Virus record (IMG/VR): IMGVR_UViG_3300028591_000115 | Reading direction: 5' to 3' (one strand) | DNA length: 64,000 nt | Source: an uncultured virus (IMG/VR IMGVR_UViG_3300028591_000115) | Lineage: Duplodnaviria > Heunggongvirae > Uroviricota > Caudoviricetes | Part shown: piece by piece, positions 8,170 through 17,798 of the stretch | Layout of the letters: each line of letters opens with the position of its first letter | How positions within the stretch are numbered: position 1 is the first letter of the stretch | The notes under the pieces: model-generated | The model's database searches: none | The model's input: only the letters and a program-made list of their open reading frames with translations | What the model was told of the DNA's origin: nothing | Position numbers and translations under genes: made by a program

Positions 8170-9578
8170 GAATTATGGCATATTGTGGCTATGTTGTGCG
8201 TGTTGAAAAGCTGCGTAAGCACACCAATGCTGACCGGTTGCAGATCGCAACTTTCTTCGGCAATGATACTATCGTTGGTCTCGATGTAAATATCGGAGAT
8301 ATTGGTGTTTATTTTCCTGTTGATGGCCAGCTGAGTGAACGGTTCTGTCAGGTTAATGATCTGGTGCGGCGCAAGGATGAAAATGGTAAGCCTTGCGGTG
8401 GATATATGGAGCCTGACAAGCGTAACATTAAAGCAATTAAGCTTCGTGGTGAGAAGTCTGATGGTCTTTATATGCCCATTATTGCCTTTACTGACTTCTG
8501 CAAAATCTCTGATCTTAAGGTTGGAGATACTATTGATGTGCTGAATGGCGAAGAGATTTGCCGTAAGTATATCCCACGGGCGAATAAATCAGCCTCCCGT
8601 GGAGCAGGTAAGGGCGTAGGTCGCGCTAAGGCGAATATCGCCCCTACCTTCTATGAACATGTAGACACTGCCCAGTTGGCCTATAACTTGGCCGCCTTCA
8701 AGCCTGGAGACCTGGTTCAACTCACCTTGAAGATGCACGGCACGTCAGGCCGTACCGGATACCTTCCTCTTGTCCACACGAAGAGAACCTGGCTGGACAA
8801 GTTGTTACGTCGGCATGGCAAGGACTACATGGAATATGGCTATATTACTGGTACTCGGCGTGTCGTGCTGGATGGAAAGCGTGAAGGCGGTTTCTATGGC
8901 AGCGACGATTTCCGCCACGCTATGGCAGCAAAGTTCGAAGGCAAGCTTCACAAAGGTGAAGTAGTTTATTATGAGATCGTAGGTTTCCAGGGACCTGAAG
9001 GTGCGCCTATTATGTCCCAGGTTGCCAATAGCAAGGTAAAGGATCCTGAGTTCACTAAACAGTATGGCGAAACCACTACATTCTCTTATGGATGTAACCA
9101 GTTTGCTGGCTATACCGAAAATGAATATCGTGAAGATGACACCTGTGGCCGCGGAGAGCGTGCGGGCGTATGTTGCGATGTTTATGTCTATCGTATAACC
9201 ATGGTAAATGAAGATGGCGATGTCGTAGAATATAGCCCTGATCAGATCCGTGAACGTTGCGAACAGATGGGTGTAAAAGTAGTTCCTGAGTTTACTCGGT
9301 TCTTTATCCCCGATCATGTCCCTGGACTTCATGGCGATTGGATTCCTGTTGATCCTGCTGAATACCTTGTAAAACGTGTTGAAGAATACTTTGATGGCCC
9401 TGACCCTGTTGGCAAGACCCATGTGCGTGAAGGTGTCGTTGTTCGTATTTGCAACCGTACTAAGTTCGAAGTATATAAGCACAAGAATTTCAGTTTCAAA
9501 GTTCTTGAAGGTATTGCAAAAGATGAAGCAACTGCTCCTGATATAGAAGAAGCCCAGGAGATTGTGGATGACAATTAA
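8166..9578 (+). CDS. RNA ligase (DRB0094/Rnl-type) with N-terminal OB/tRNA-binding-like domain
   Basis: HTNADRLQ..KLRGEKS N-domain; motif I TLKMHGTS, YYEIVG, REGVVVR, YKHKN. Confidence 0.8.
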   Translation: MRIMAYCGYVVRVEKLRKHTNADRLQIATFFGNDTIVGLDVNIGDIGVYFPVDGQLSERFCQVNDLVRRKDENGKPCGGYMEPDKRNIKAIKLRGEKSDGLYMPIIAFTDFCKISDLKVGDTIDVLNGEEICRKYIPRANKSASRGAGKGVGRAKANIAPTFYEHVDTAQLAYNLAAFKPGDLVQLTLKMHGTSGRTGYLPLVHTKRTWLDKLLRRHGKDYMEYGYITGTRRVVLDGKREGGFYGSDDFRHAMAAKFEGKLHKGEVVYYEIVGFQGPEGAPIMSQVANSKVKDPEFTKQYGETTTFSYGCNQFAGYTENEYREDDTCGRGERAGVCCDVYVYRITMVNEDGDVVEYSPDQIRERCEQMGVKVVPEFTRFFIPDHVPGLHGDWIPVDPAEYLVKRVEEYFDGPDPVGKTHVREGVVVRICNRTKFEVYKHKNFSFKVLEGIAKDEATAPDIEEAQEIVDDN

Positions 9579-9936
9579 AAATTATAAAATAAATTTTGGA
9601 GTTAAAAGAGGAATGAATAGAGAGCAACGTAGAAAATATGATAGACAAGTAAAAAATGATCGTATGGCCAGTATATGCCCAGAATGTGGTCATAAATCCA
9701 GATTTCATACTCATGCAAGAGGAGAAAAAGACACAGTTCTGTTATGCGAGCGGTGTGGAGCTATTGTGCGGGAAGGTGAAGAACTTACTCGCATGATGCC
9801 ACCTGGTATCTATCTTTCTATCCCGCTCGACATTTTAGATCAAGCACTTCTTGCTGAAGCAACAAGAATTGAGGAGGAAAATAATGAACAAATTGACTCG
9901 TCTATGCCTGTTGAAGCAGAGGGCAGCGTTACTTGA
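9562..9936 (+). CDS. zinc-ribbon hypothetical protein
   Basis: CPECG...CERCG; start uncertain. Confidence 0.6.
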   Translation: MWMTIKNYKINFGVKRGMNREQRRKYDRQVKNDRMASICPECGHKSRFHTHARGEKDTVLLCERCGAIVREGEELTRMMPPGIYLSIPLDILDQALLAEATRIEEENNEQIDSSMPVEAEGSVT

Positions 9937-10013
9937 AGCACGCGGCCCGCATAATTCAAAAATTGTGAACAAGATCAAGAGACAGATTAGAAAATTGAAT
10001 AAGGAGAACTAAT

Positions 10014-10940
10014 ATGGTTGGAATGATTCTCGGTGTAATAATTCTTATTGGCTGTTTGGTTGGCGCTGGTATGATGGAAACGAAGAAATTCAAGCCGATT
10101 GTTAGGGCTATTGGATGCATCGCATGTGCACTTGCTGTTGCTTTGTCATGTATCTCATATGTACCGACTGGTTATACTGGCATCGTAACAACTTTCGGTA
10201 AAGTCCACGCCGAAACCCTGGATGCAGGTCTGAATTTTCATGCACCATGGGATAACGTAATTACAATGGATAACCGTGAACAGCGAGTTGAATTTTCTTT
10301 GCAAGCATTTTCAAAAGACATTCAGCAAGTTGATGTACAGGGATCTATCAACTATAATATTGATAAAACCACGGCTATGAACTTATATCGTGATGTTGGT
10401 GTTGAATATGCGACGATCCTTATTGGACCGCGTATTCAAGAGGATGTAAAGATCATGATTGCTAAATATACTGCTGAAAATCTAATTGAAAATCGTCAGA
10501 AGGCTGCAGATGCAATATATGAATTGATCCGGGACGAACTTGCGCCAAAAGGTATTAATATTATATCTTTGGCTGTTGAAAATATTGATTTTACTGATGC
10601 TTTTGAGTCTGCGGTTGAAGCAAAACAGGTTGCTACACAAGAAAAACAGCGTGCGCAGACTCAGCAGGAACAGCAGACCATGGAAGCCACTCAAAAAGCT
10701 GAGCGTGATCGTATTGCCGCACAGGCGCAGGCTGATGTACAGAAAATTGAGGCTGATGCAGAAGCATATGCTATCCAAGTAAAAGCTGAAGCTGAAGCAG
10801 AAGCAAATAAGAAACTTAATGCTTCTTTAACTGATCAACTAATTGATTATAACAAGGTTTTACATTGGGATGGTAAGCTTCCTACCTTTATGGGTGGAGA
10901 AAGCACTTTACCTATTTTGAATCTTAATGGAGTGGAGTGA
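10014..10940 (+). CDS. SPFH/prohibitin (band 7) membrane protein
   Basis: Two N-terminal TM segments, VPTGYTGIVTTFGKV, AVEAKQVA coiled coil, WDGKLP end. Confidence 0.9.
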   Translation: MVGMILGVIILIGCLVGAGMMETKKFKPIVRAIGCIACALAVALSCISYVPTGYTGIVTTFGKVHAETLDAGLNFHAPWDNVITMDNREQRVEFSLQAFSKDIQQVDVQGSINYNIDKTTAMNLYRDVGVEYATILIGPRIQEDVKIMIAKYTAENLIENRQKAADAIYELIRDELAPKGINIISLAVENIDFTDAFESAVEAKQVATQEKQRAQTQQEQQTMEATQKAERDRIAAQAQADVQKIEADAEAYAIQVKAEAEAEANKKLNASLTDQLIDYNKVLHWDGKLPTFMGGESTLPILNLNGVE

Positions 10941-11011
10941 TCCACTCCATTTTTTATTTGAAAATTTTAAAATAATATGATATTATATATATAGAAAGTG
11001 AGGGGAGTCTT

Positions 11012-11203
11012 ATGAGTAAACCGAGAGATATTCACCAAGATCTAGCTGATCAAGCATGGGAAATGGCCTGCCAAAGAGCAACAGAAGAAGGCGATGTAGA
11101 TATCGATTATGACTACACGCTTATGGAAGCCTGGACTGAAGAGTATTATAAAGAACTTTGTAGGGAGGAAGGGATTGAACCAAGTCCCGATTATATCTCA
11201 TGA
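11012..11203 (+). CDS. small acidic hypothetical protein
   Basis: Follows promoter 10958 and GAGGGG RBS. Confidence 0.6.
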   Translation: MSKPRDIHQDLADQAWEMACQRATEEGDVDIDYDYTLMEAWTEEYYKELCREEGIEPSPDYIS

Positions 11204-11281
11204 TATGGTTATGGATTACATTAAGTTGTTTATTAGTTGCCGCATTTTTATGGGGTATATGTGCGGGAAAGAAGAGTGAAA

Positions 11282-11488
11282 ATGATGATGCTGATCAAAT
11301 GGCTGCAATCGAAGCTTGGCAAGCAAAGAAAGCCGCGAAAGACGCAAGAAGAAATTCTCGCTGACGCCTTAGATTGGCGTGCAGGCTATTATGCTTATTG
11401 GTCTGATATTCCATATGATCCAGGCGCAACCGATCTATGGAAAGAAGGATACATTTATGCTAATAATCAAGCATTAAAAAGGATGTGA
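11282..11488 (+). CDS. hypothetical protein
   Basis: ORF whose stop overlaps the next start; start approximate. Confidence 0.5.
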   Translation: MMMLIKWLQSKLGKQRKPRKTQEEILADALDWRAGYYAYWSDIPYDPGATDLWKEGYIYANNQALKRM

Positions 11489-12387
11489 GAATAATGCACG
11501 ATGTTTTTTACTTTACCGACGTTCATGGACAACTGGATCTGTTCCAGACGATGCGGGATTGGTGTCTTAAACAAGATCCAGAATGTATGATTGTATTTGG
11601 TGGCGATGCTTGCGACCGTGGTGAATTTGGCTATGACATTATGCAGGCTATTCTCGATGATCCGCAAATCGTATACATTCGCGGCAATCATGAGGATATG
11701 TTTATCCGTGCTGCGCGTGAAGCAGTTCAGCAATATCCTGAGATTGCCAATACTACTCATACTCTTGATGAAGCAACTGAAATTATTGGAAAATGTCGTT
11801 GGCTCCACTGGTTTGGTCTTTCTATGATGAATGGCGGACGTCCTACTCTGCGTGATTGGATTGTAGAAGGATGTAGCACTGAATTCGTAGATCGGCTTGA
11901 GGAAAATACTATTACTACTTTTGCTCTTGATCCTCAATTCCAGGCTCCTATATGCTTCAGCCATGCTGGTGGATCTTATGAGGCATGGAAGCGTTTATAT
12001 GATGCAGAGCATGGTGATCTTGATACTTTTGATCAAGATGACTACCAGGAAATGATTTGGGATCGAAGCAAATTATGGAGTTGCTGGCCTGAGGACAAAA
12101 TCATTGTTTTTGGACATACCCCAGTATGCTATTTGCATGAATATACTAATGCCAAGTGGATGCCTGAGCGTGAAATGCAGCCTGTCGCATATAAACCTAA
12201 ATATCCAAAAGACAATGAGGTTAGTGGCTGGCATATTGGTATGGATACTGGAATGACTTTTTATGGTCGCGGTTATGTACTTAATTGTCTTACTATGATT
12301 GTTACCGGATTTTGGGATCGGGATTGCCAAAAGCAGGACAGCAAACGCCCTCTTGAAATCGGATTTGAAAATTTTAAAATTATATGA
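11485..12387 (+). CDS. calcineurin-like metallophosphoesterase (Ser/Thr phosphatase type)
   Basis: DVHG, GDACDRG, RGNHE, HAG, GHTP, DTG motifs. Confidence 0.9.
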   Translation: MRIMHDVFYFTDVHGQLDLFQTMRDWCLKQDPECMIVFGGDACDRGEFGYDIMQAILDDPQIVYIRGNHEDMFIRAAREAVQQYPEIANTTHTLDEATEIIGKCRWLHWFGLSMMNGGRPTLRDWIVEGCSTEFVDRLEENTITTFALDPQFQAPICFSHAGGSYEAWKRLYDAEHGDLDTFDQDDYQEMIWDRSKLWSCWPEDKIIVFGHTPVCYLHEYTNAKWMPEREMQPVAYKPKYPKDNEVSGWHIGMDTGMTFYGRGYVLNCLTMIVTGFWDRDCQKQDSKRPLEIGFENFKII

Positions 12388-12544
12388 TATAATATATATA
12401 GAAAAATGAAGGAGGGATTTTATGTCTTGGGTAACATTCGTAGCTCTTACGGTTCTCATTTTTGGTCAGCATTATCTGACATATCCGCTGACCTGGAAGG
12501 CTGCTTGGCGTAAGGTCAAGGGCTGGTTTGGAGCGTGAGGAGGA

Positions 12545-12841
12545 ATGGGCAGACGAGTAAATAATTTTTCAACTCATGATTTCTATTGTATCAATTGTGG
12601 TGAAAAGGGTATTCCACTAACACGTCAGCAATCGAATCAACGCGGTGCATTTCATAGAAAGTTGATGTATTGTTGGCATTGTAAACACACTGTAAACCAT
12701 ATTGAATGTAGAAATGAGGAAGAGAAAGCACAATTTCTCATGGATTTTGCAGCAGGTAAATATAAACAAGAAGCTGAAGAAGAATTGGAGTATGAAAAGA
12801 ATCATCCTAAATATCAAAATTATCTGAAAGGGCTGAAATAA
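12545..12841 (+). CDS. zinc-ribbon hypothetical protein
   Basis: CINCG...CWHC; GAGGAGG RBS. Confidence 0.65.
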   Translation: MGRRVNNFSTHDFYCINCGEKGIPLTRQQSNQRGAFHRKLMYCWHCKHTVNHIECRNEEEKAQFLMDFAAGKYKQEAEEELEYEKNHPKYQNYLKGLK

Positions 12842-12842
12842 G

Positions 12843-13319
12843 ATGGCAACGTTGTACGTAATGGTAGGACTTCCTGGATCTGGCAAGTCTACTTGGGCGA
12901 AGAAGAATCTGGTGAATGCAGATTATATTTCTCGCGATACTGTACGTTTGTCTATCATTAAGGACAACGAGCATCTGTTTTCACATGAGGACGAAGTATA
13001 TGACAAGTTCATTGATAACATCGTGGATCTTCTTCGTAGGAATCGGGATGTGGTTGCTGATGCTACTCATTTGTCTCACGGTGCTCGGCATAAGTTGGTA
13101 TCGGCTTTGGCAAAGCATGAAATGACTGGTGATAAATATGATATTGTCTTTGTAATGATGGACACTCCGGTTACTGAGTGTGTGCGGCGTGATGAAACTC
13201 GCGAAGGACGCGCTTATGTAACTGAGCCGGTGATCCGTAATATGTATCGCTCTTTATCTACCCCCTATGTAGGGGAGTTCAATAATGTGAAGGAGGTTTG
13301 GATTGTTCGTGGGTGCTAA
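12843..13319 (+). CDS. polynucleotide-kinase-like P-loop protein (AAA_33)
   Basis: GLPGSGKST, SRD, DATH, R..R motifs as in Pnkp kinase domains. Confidence 0.85.
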   Translation: MATLYVMVGLPGSGKSTWAKKNLVNADYISRDTVRLSIIKDNEHLFSHEDEVYDKFIDNIVDLLRRNRDVVADATHLSHGARHKLVSALAKHEMTGDKYDIVFVMMDTPVTECVRRDETREGRAYVTEPVIRNMYRSLSTPYVGEFNNVKEVWIVRGC

Positions 13320-13917
13320 TATATTTTTTACATCTGATACTCATTTTTTCCACGAACAAGACTTCCTTTATGCGCCTCGTGGATTTAAGAGTACAGAAGA
13401 AATGAACGAGGCTATAGTACAGCGCTGGAATAGCGTTGTAAATCCTGGTGATGTTGTTTATCATCTTGGTGATATGGTGATGGGTCATTATGACGTTGGA
13501 GTCATCAGTCGTTTGAATGGAACGATTTTCCTCATTCGAGGAAACCATGACACGGATAATAAGTTACGCGCCATCTACGAGACAGGTAAAATGGTCAGCA
13601 CATCTTGTGTACCTACTAGCGAACTTATAAAGTTCGGCAAACTATCGCTATTTATCTGCCATTATCCTGTCCTTACTGCTAACTTTGATGATAAACACTT
13701 CAGCCAACACGTGATCAGCCTACATGGACATACACATCAAAAAGGAAATTGGCTGTTCGCGGATAACCCTTTTATCTACCATGTTGGATTGGATTCCCAT
13801 AATTGCTATCCTGTTCATATTGATGAAATAATTGCTGACATTCGGAATCGCTGGAATGCGATGGGGCAGATGGTCATCAACCCGCAAGGTATTTATAATA
13901 CATATCCTACCGTTTGA
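13303..13917 (+). CDS. metallophosphoesterase (calcineurin-like)
   Basis: SDTHF.H, HLGD, GNHD, CHYP, HGHTH; overlaps the kinase gene. Confidence 0.9.
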   Translation: MFVGANIFFTSDTHFFHEQDFLYAPRGFKSTEEMNEAIVQRWNSVVNPGDVVYHLGDMVMGHYDVGVISRLNGTIFLIRGNHDTDNKLRAIYETGKMVSTSCVPTSELIKFGKLSLFICHYPVLTANFDDKHFSQHVISLHGHTHQKGNWLFADNPFIYHVGLDSHNCYPVHIDEIIADIRNRWNAMGQMVINPQGIYNTYPTV

Positions 13918-13951
13918 AAGTGAAAATTGAAAATGCCGAATGTCAAAGCCA

Positions 13952-13985
13952 TGCATAAAAGTGCATGGCTTATTTGTGTTTATAA
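13952..13985 (+). terminator. hairpin/terminator
   Basis: AAGCCATGCA-TAAAAG-TGCATGGCTT followed by T-rich tail. Confidence 0.65.
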
Positions 13986-14119
13986 TTTTGCCAACGTTCA
14001 CGGTCGTTGCCCGGCGTGCGATCGGGCCAGCAATTTTTTCGAGCAAATACCTTGACATATGTGAAAAATTATTTTATAATATACATATAATGAAGCAAAA
14101 CTTCAAAAGGAGATTAAAT

Positions 14120-14557
14120 ATGATTACTGACCCTAAAATTACATTTGACTATGACCCCGAGCTGCACCGAACGACGTGCACACGGTTGGTCCACAATAAA
14201 ATCTATGTTGGCACGGCTCAATGCCACCCGCATGATTACGATTTTGAGAATAAGCTAACTGGCCAGCATTACGCCTATACGCGGTCTATGCTAAAAGAGA
14301 TGTGCGATCGGCGTGATGAATACAAAATTCAATTAAAAACACTAAAACATCTATATAATATATTTGAACAGAATTGTGGGGACTGTTCATCTAGTGAGTG
14401 TTACTATCTGCGTAAACAGATGCAATATGTACAACGTGATATTGATGAAATGAAGTTTTTAATTCGGAGTACAAGAAATGACCTTCGAACAACTATCTCA
14501 GAAAAAGATCGACTTTATTCCAAACTCAGGGAATCGCGAGCAAGTTCTGACAATTAA
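14120..14557 (+). CDS. hypothetical protein (coiled-coil C-terminus)
   Basis: AAGGAG RBS then ATG 14120, after promoter 14052. Confidence 0.7.
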   Translation: MITDPKITFDYDPELHRTTCTRLVHNKIYVGTAQCHPHDYDFENKLTGQHYAYTRSMLKEMCDRRDEYKIQLKTLKHLYNIFEQNCGDCSSSECYYLRKQMQYVQRDIDEMKFLIRSTRNDLRTTISEKDRLYSKLRESRASSDN

Positions 14558-14891
14558 TTTCATTATTAACGGTCTTTGTCATGAAGATCGTTGGGAAGTA
14601 TTCTTCCATCACGTTGTAAAAGATCACATTTGGGTACATTGGCCCACAATTTATCCTTGGTTAAAAAATATGCCGCTCAGAGGAAACGAATTTTGGCTTG
14701 CTCGTGAATTTATAAATTTGTGGGAACAAGATGTTATTCGTTCCTTACCCGAAGATTGTGGTGATGCTGAACTCCCAGCAATACTTGCGTTTAAGGAAAA
14801 ATATGCACCAAAGATTCAAGTAATCGTTGGTACTGTGGATGAGTGGCTACAATTACGTCAAAAACTTCCATTGGAAGATATGGCGTTTTAA
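14478..14891 (+). CDS. hypothetical protein
   Basis: 137-aa ORF filling the gap to clpP; start uncertain. Confidence 0.55.
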   Translation: MTFEQLSQKKIDFIPNSGNREQVLTINFIINGLCHEDRWEVFFHHVVKDHIWVHWPTIYPWLKNMPLRGNEFWLAREFINLWEQDVIRSLPEDCGDAELPAILAFKEKYAPKIQVIVGTVDEWLQLRQKLPLEDMAF

Positions 14892-14902
14892 AGGAGGAAT
14901 TT

Positions 14903-15529
14903 ATGTTAGAAGACTTAACTTCATTATTGGATACTACAGCTATTGATCCAGCAACTTATTAGTACTTTACTCAACTTTTCAATAATCGCACTATTATCTT
15001 TAATCAAGAAGTAGATGAAAGAATTTTTGAACGAGTTGTTATTCCTTTAATGGATTTTGAAAAGGACAGTAGCAATGATCCTGTTACTTTAATTTTAGCA
15101 ACAGTAGGAGGATCAATTAGTGATGGATTCATTCTTTGTAATATTATAGATCAATATACCAAACCATTGAATGTTATAGTTCTTGGTTATGCTGCAAGTA
15201 TGGGCACAATTATACTTGCGGCCGGTGCGCATAATCCTAATGTAACAAGAAAATGTTATCCATACTCATATGCCTTACTTCACGCTGGAAGTACGTGCTT
15301 CAGTGGTGAATCTCTTTCTGTTGAAGACGCTATGGCATTTAACAAAAGAGTTGATAGCAAAGTTCGTGAATTTATTACCTCCCATACTAAAGTGACACCA
15401 GAAGAATATGAGAGCCATGAGCGCAAACAATGGTTCTTTGATGCGGAAGATATGCTCAAATACGGATTTGTAGATGAGATTATCGGTGGAACAGATAGTA
15501 AGGGTGATGACAGCGTTGAAGACAGTTAA
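14903..15529 (+). CDS. clpP: ClpP-like protease (TAG read-through at 14960)
   Basis: AAGGAGG RBS then ATG 14903; DPATY*YF..NRTIIFN in frame with T.GGS, AASMG (Ser), LLHAG (His), YGFVDEII. Confidence 0.85.
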
Positions 15530-16772
15530 GTTTTTCGATACAAGTGCTTTATTGGCAGGATTTAAATTAAACCAAGAAGATATAAATTATATAAGCACAA
15601 TAGTTTTTTCAGAATTAGAGAATATTAAAACATCTTATCAAAAAGATGAAACAGTTAAATATAAAGCACGAGTTTTAATTCGTTATTTAATGGATCATTA
15701 GGATCTATGGATTGAACCAAAGAGTAATTGGAGGAAGATAAATAGATTACTAAAACATTCTCCGGAATTATAGGATAATAACGATAGTAAATTAATTTGT
15801 GAAGCTGTATTATTAGCACGCAAGAATAAAGAAAGGATTGAATTTGTAACCGCGGACTCATCCCAATTTTTCCTTGCGTGTAAATTTATAGATTAGATCA
15901 ATCCAGAATACTATAAAGATATGGCTCACAAAGAAGGACTCTGGAAAGGATTTAAAGATATTGACTTTGGATCCGATGAATAGGCATTAGCTGACTATTA
16001 TGAACATCCCGAGACCAACACTCTTGGCTTGGAGATTAACGAATATGCAGCTCTAAAACTGAATAATGAAATTGTTGATTTAGTAAAATGGGACGGTAAT
16101 AAAAATGAAGTGATAAAATACAAGAACCAAAATAGTGATTATTTTGGGTAGGTTAAACCCCTTAATGATCAATAGCGTATGTTGTTTGATTTATTATAGA
16201 ATAGAAATATTCCAGTTAAAACAATCAGAGGACAATTCGGTTCTGGTAAAACATTTTTAGCACTGGTACATGCAATGAATTATGTCAAATGGCACACATT
16301 CGATAAAATCGTATATGTAAGAAATAATGTTGAAGTCGCAGGTTCTCAAAAACTTGGGGCTTTACCGGGAGAGCAAGACGAGAAACTTATGCCATGGTTA
16401 ATGCCGCTGGCGGATCACTTGGGAGGTCCTGACGCGCTTATCCAAGCAATAGATAACGGAGAAATTGAGCCAGTCCACTTAGGATATTTGCGCGGACGTA
16501 ATTTTCAACATAGTATTATTTTTGTAGATGAAGCAGAAAATCTTACAACTGATAATGTTAAGTTAATAATTGCCCGTGCAGAAAAAGATAGTGAAGTATG
16601 GTTCTTAGGTGATGAATCACAGACAGACTCCGATATATTCAGAAAGAATAGCGGAATTGCTTCATTATTAAATAGTTTGCAAGGTGAACCTTTATTTGGC
16701 GCTATTGAACTTCAAAAATCAGAACGAAGTGAAGTCGCCCAACTTGCAGCTAAAATTCATGGGGAGAGTTAA
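15507..16772 (+). CDS. phoH: PIN-domain plus PhoH ATPase (7 in-frame TAG)
   Basis: FFDTSALL, ELE..K, NNDSKL, FVTAD (PIN); KPLNDQ*, GQFGSGKT, GALPG, LRGRNF, DEAEN, GDESQTD; single frame interrupted only by TAG. Confidence 0.9.
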
Positions 16773-16866
16773 AACTCTCCCTTTTCTTTTACTGTAGCTA
16801 ACAAGAACTTTGCAAATTAAAATTTTTTATGATATAATATATGTAGAAAATGAAAGGATTATATTT

Positions 16867-17742
16867 ATGAAAAAGTTTAGTATTCCTGGCTATTTTAGAT
16901 ATTTTAATGAATTAAAAGCACTCATCGAAACCTATAAAGATAATCCCGAATATTTCTATGAGGATAGATGTATAGATAGCTCTTATGATTTTCCTGGCGG
17001 TTTAATCTGGAATGGTGGCCGCACTCAATGGAATTTTGGTTATAATCCATATGATGTAGATAATATTATGCAATATTATTTCAATGAAACAGATATTAAT
17101 CTAAATCATACTTGTACTAATTTATTAATTGATTATGGCTTAGCACAAGATTGGTTATGTAATAATTTTTTACATTTATATTATCGAGAGCAAGATTCTG
17201 TGATTGTTGCTTCAAAAGCCTTATTTGATCATTTGACACAAACGTATCCTAATATGAAATTAATTTATTCTACAACAGTGGGAATTATTGATCCTATTAA
17301 AGTAAATGAAATTACAGCACAAGGCATGATTTACGTAGTAAATTATAAAAAAAATAATAATAATGAGTATTTAAAAAAATTGAGTCACCCTGAGCAATTA
17401 GAAGTAATTTGCGCAGAGCCATGTAATTTTAATTGCACAGAACGTAGAAAACATTACGAAGCAATTAGTGAAGAACAACTATGGATTTGTCATTTTGATG
17501 GTTCTAATTTTCAATGTCCATATGGGTCAGAACAACGTACGTTTTCAGAAATTCAAAAGTTACCTCATGCTATTACGAATGAGCGAGTCGATGAATTGTA
17601 TGATATGGGAATTCAATATTTCAAAATTTCGGGTCGGACTATTAATACGTATCAATGGATAGAAACAATGGTTTATTATTTGGTTTTACCAGAATATCGA
17701 GACCATGTGCGGCAATTAGTCTTAAACAATATGATGAATTGA
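16867..17742 (+). CDS. U32-peptidase-like/Fe-S TIM-barrel protein
   Basis: IWNGGR, EPCNFNC..R..HY, CP, FKISGR; AT-rich, own promoter. Confidence 0.5.
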   Translation: MKKFSIPGYFRYFNELKALIETYKDNPEYFYEDRCIDSSYDFPGGLIWNGGRTQWNFGYNPYDVDNIMQYYFNETDINLNHTCTNLLIDYGLAQDWLCNNFLHLYYREQDSVIVASKALFDHLTQTYPNMKLIYSTTVGIIDPIKVNEITAQGMIYVVNYKKNNNNEYLKKLSHPEQLEVICAEPCNFNCTERRKHYEAISEEQLWICHFDGSNFQCPYGSEQRTFSEIQKLPHAITNERVDELYDMGIQYFKISGRTINTYQWIETMVYYLVLPEYRDHVRQLVLNNMMN

Positions 17743-17798
17743 AAAAATATAATAAATATGATATAATAAAAATAGAAAAATAGAGAAAGGATGAAAAG

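Noticed and set aside
13988..14040. Fourth CAGCAA element
   Set aside because: Here CAGCAA is in the 3' arm of a GC hairpin followed by a T-tract, which fits a terminator-like structure better.
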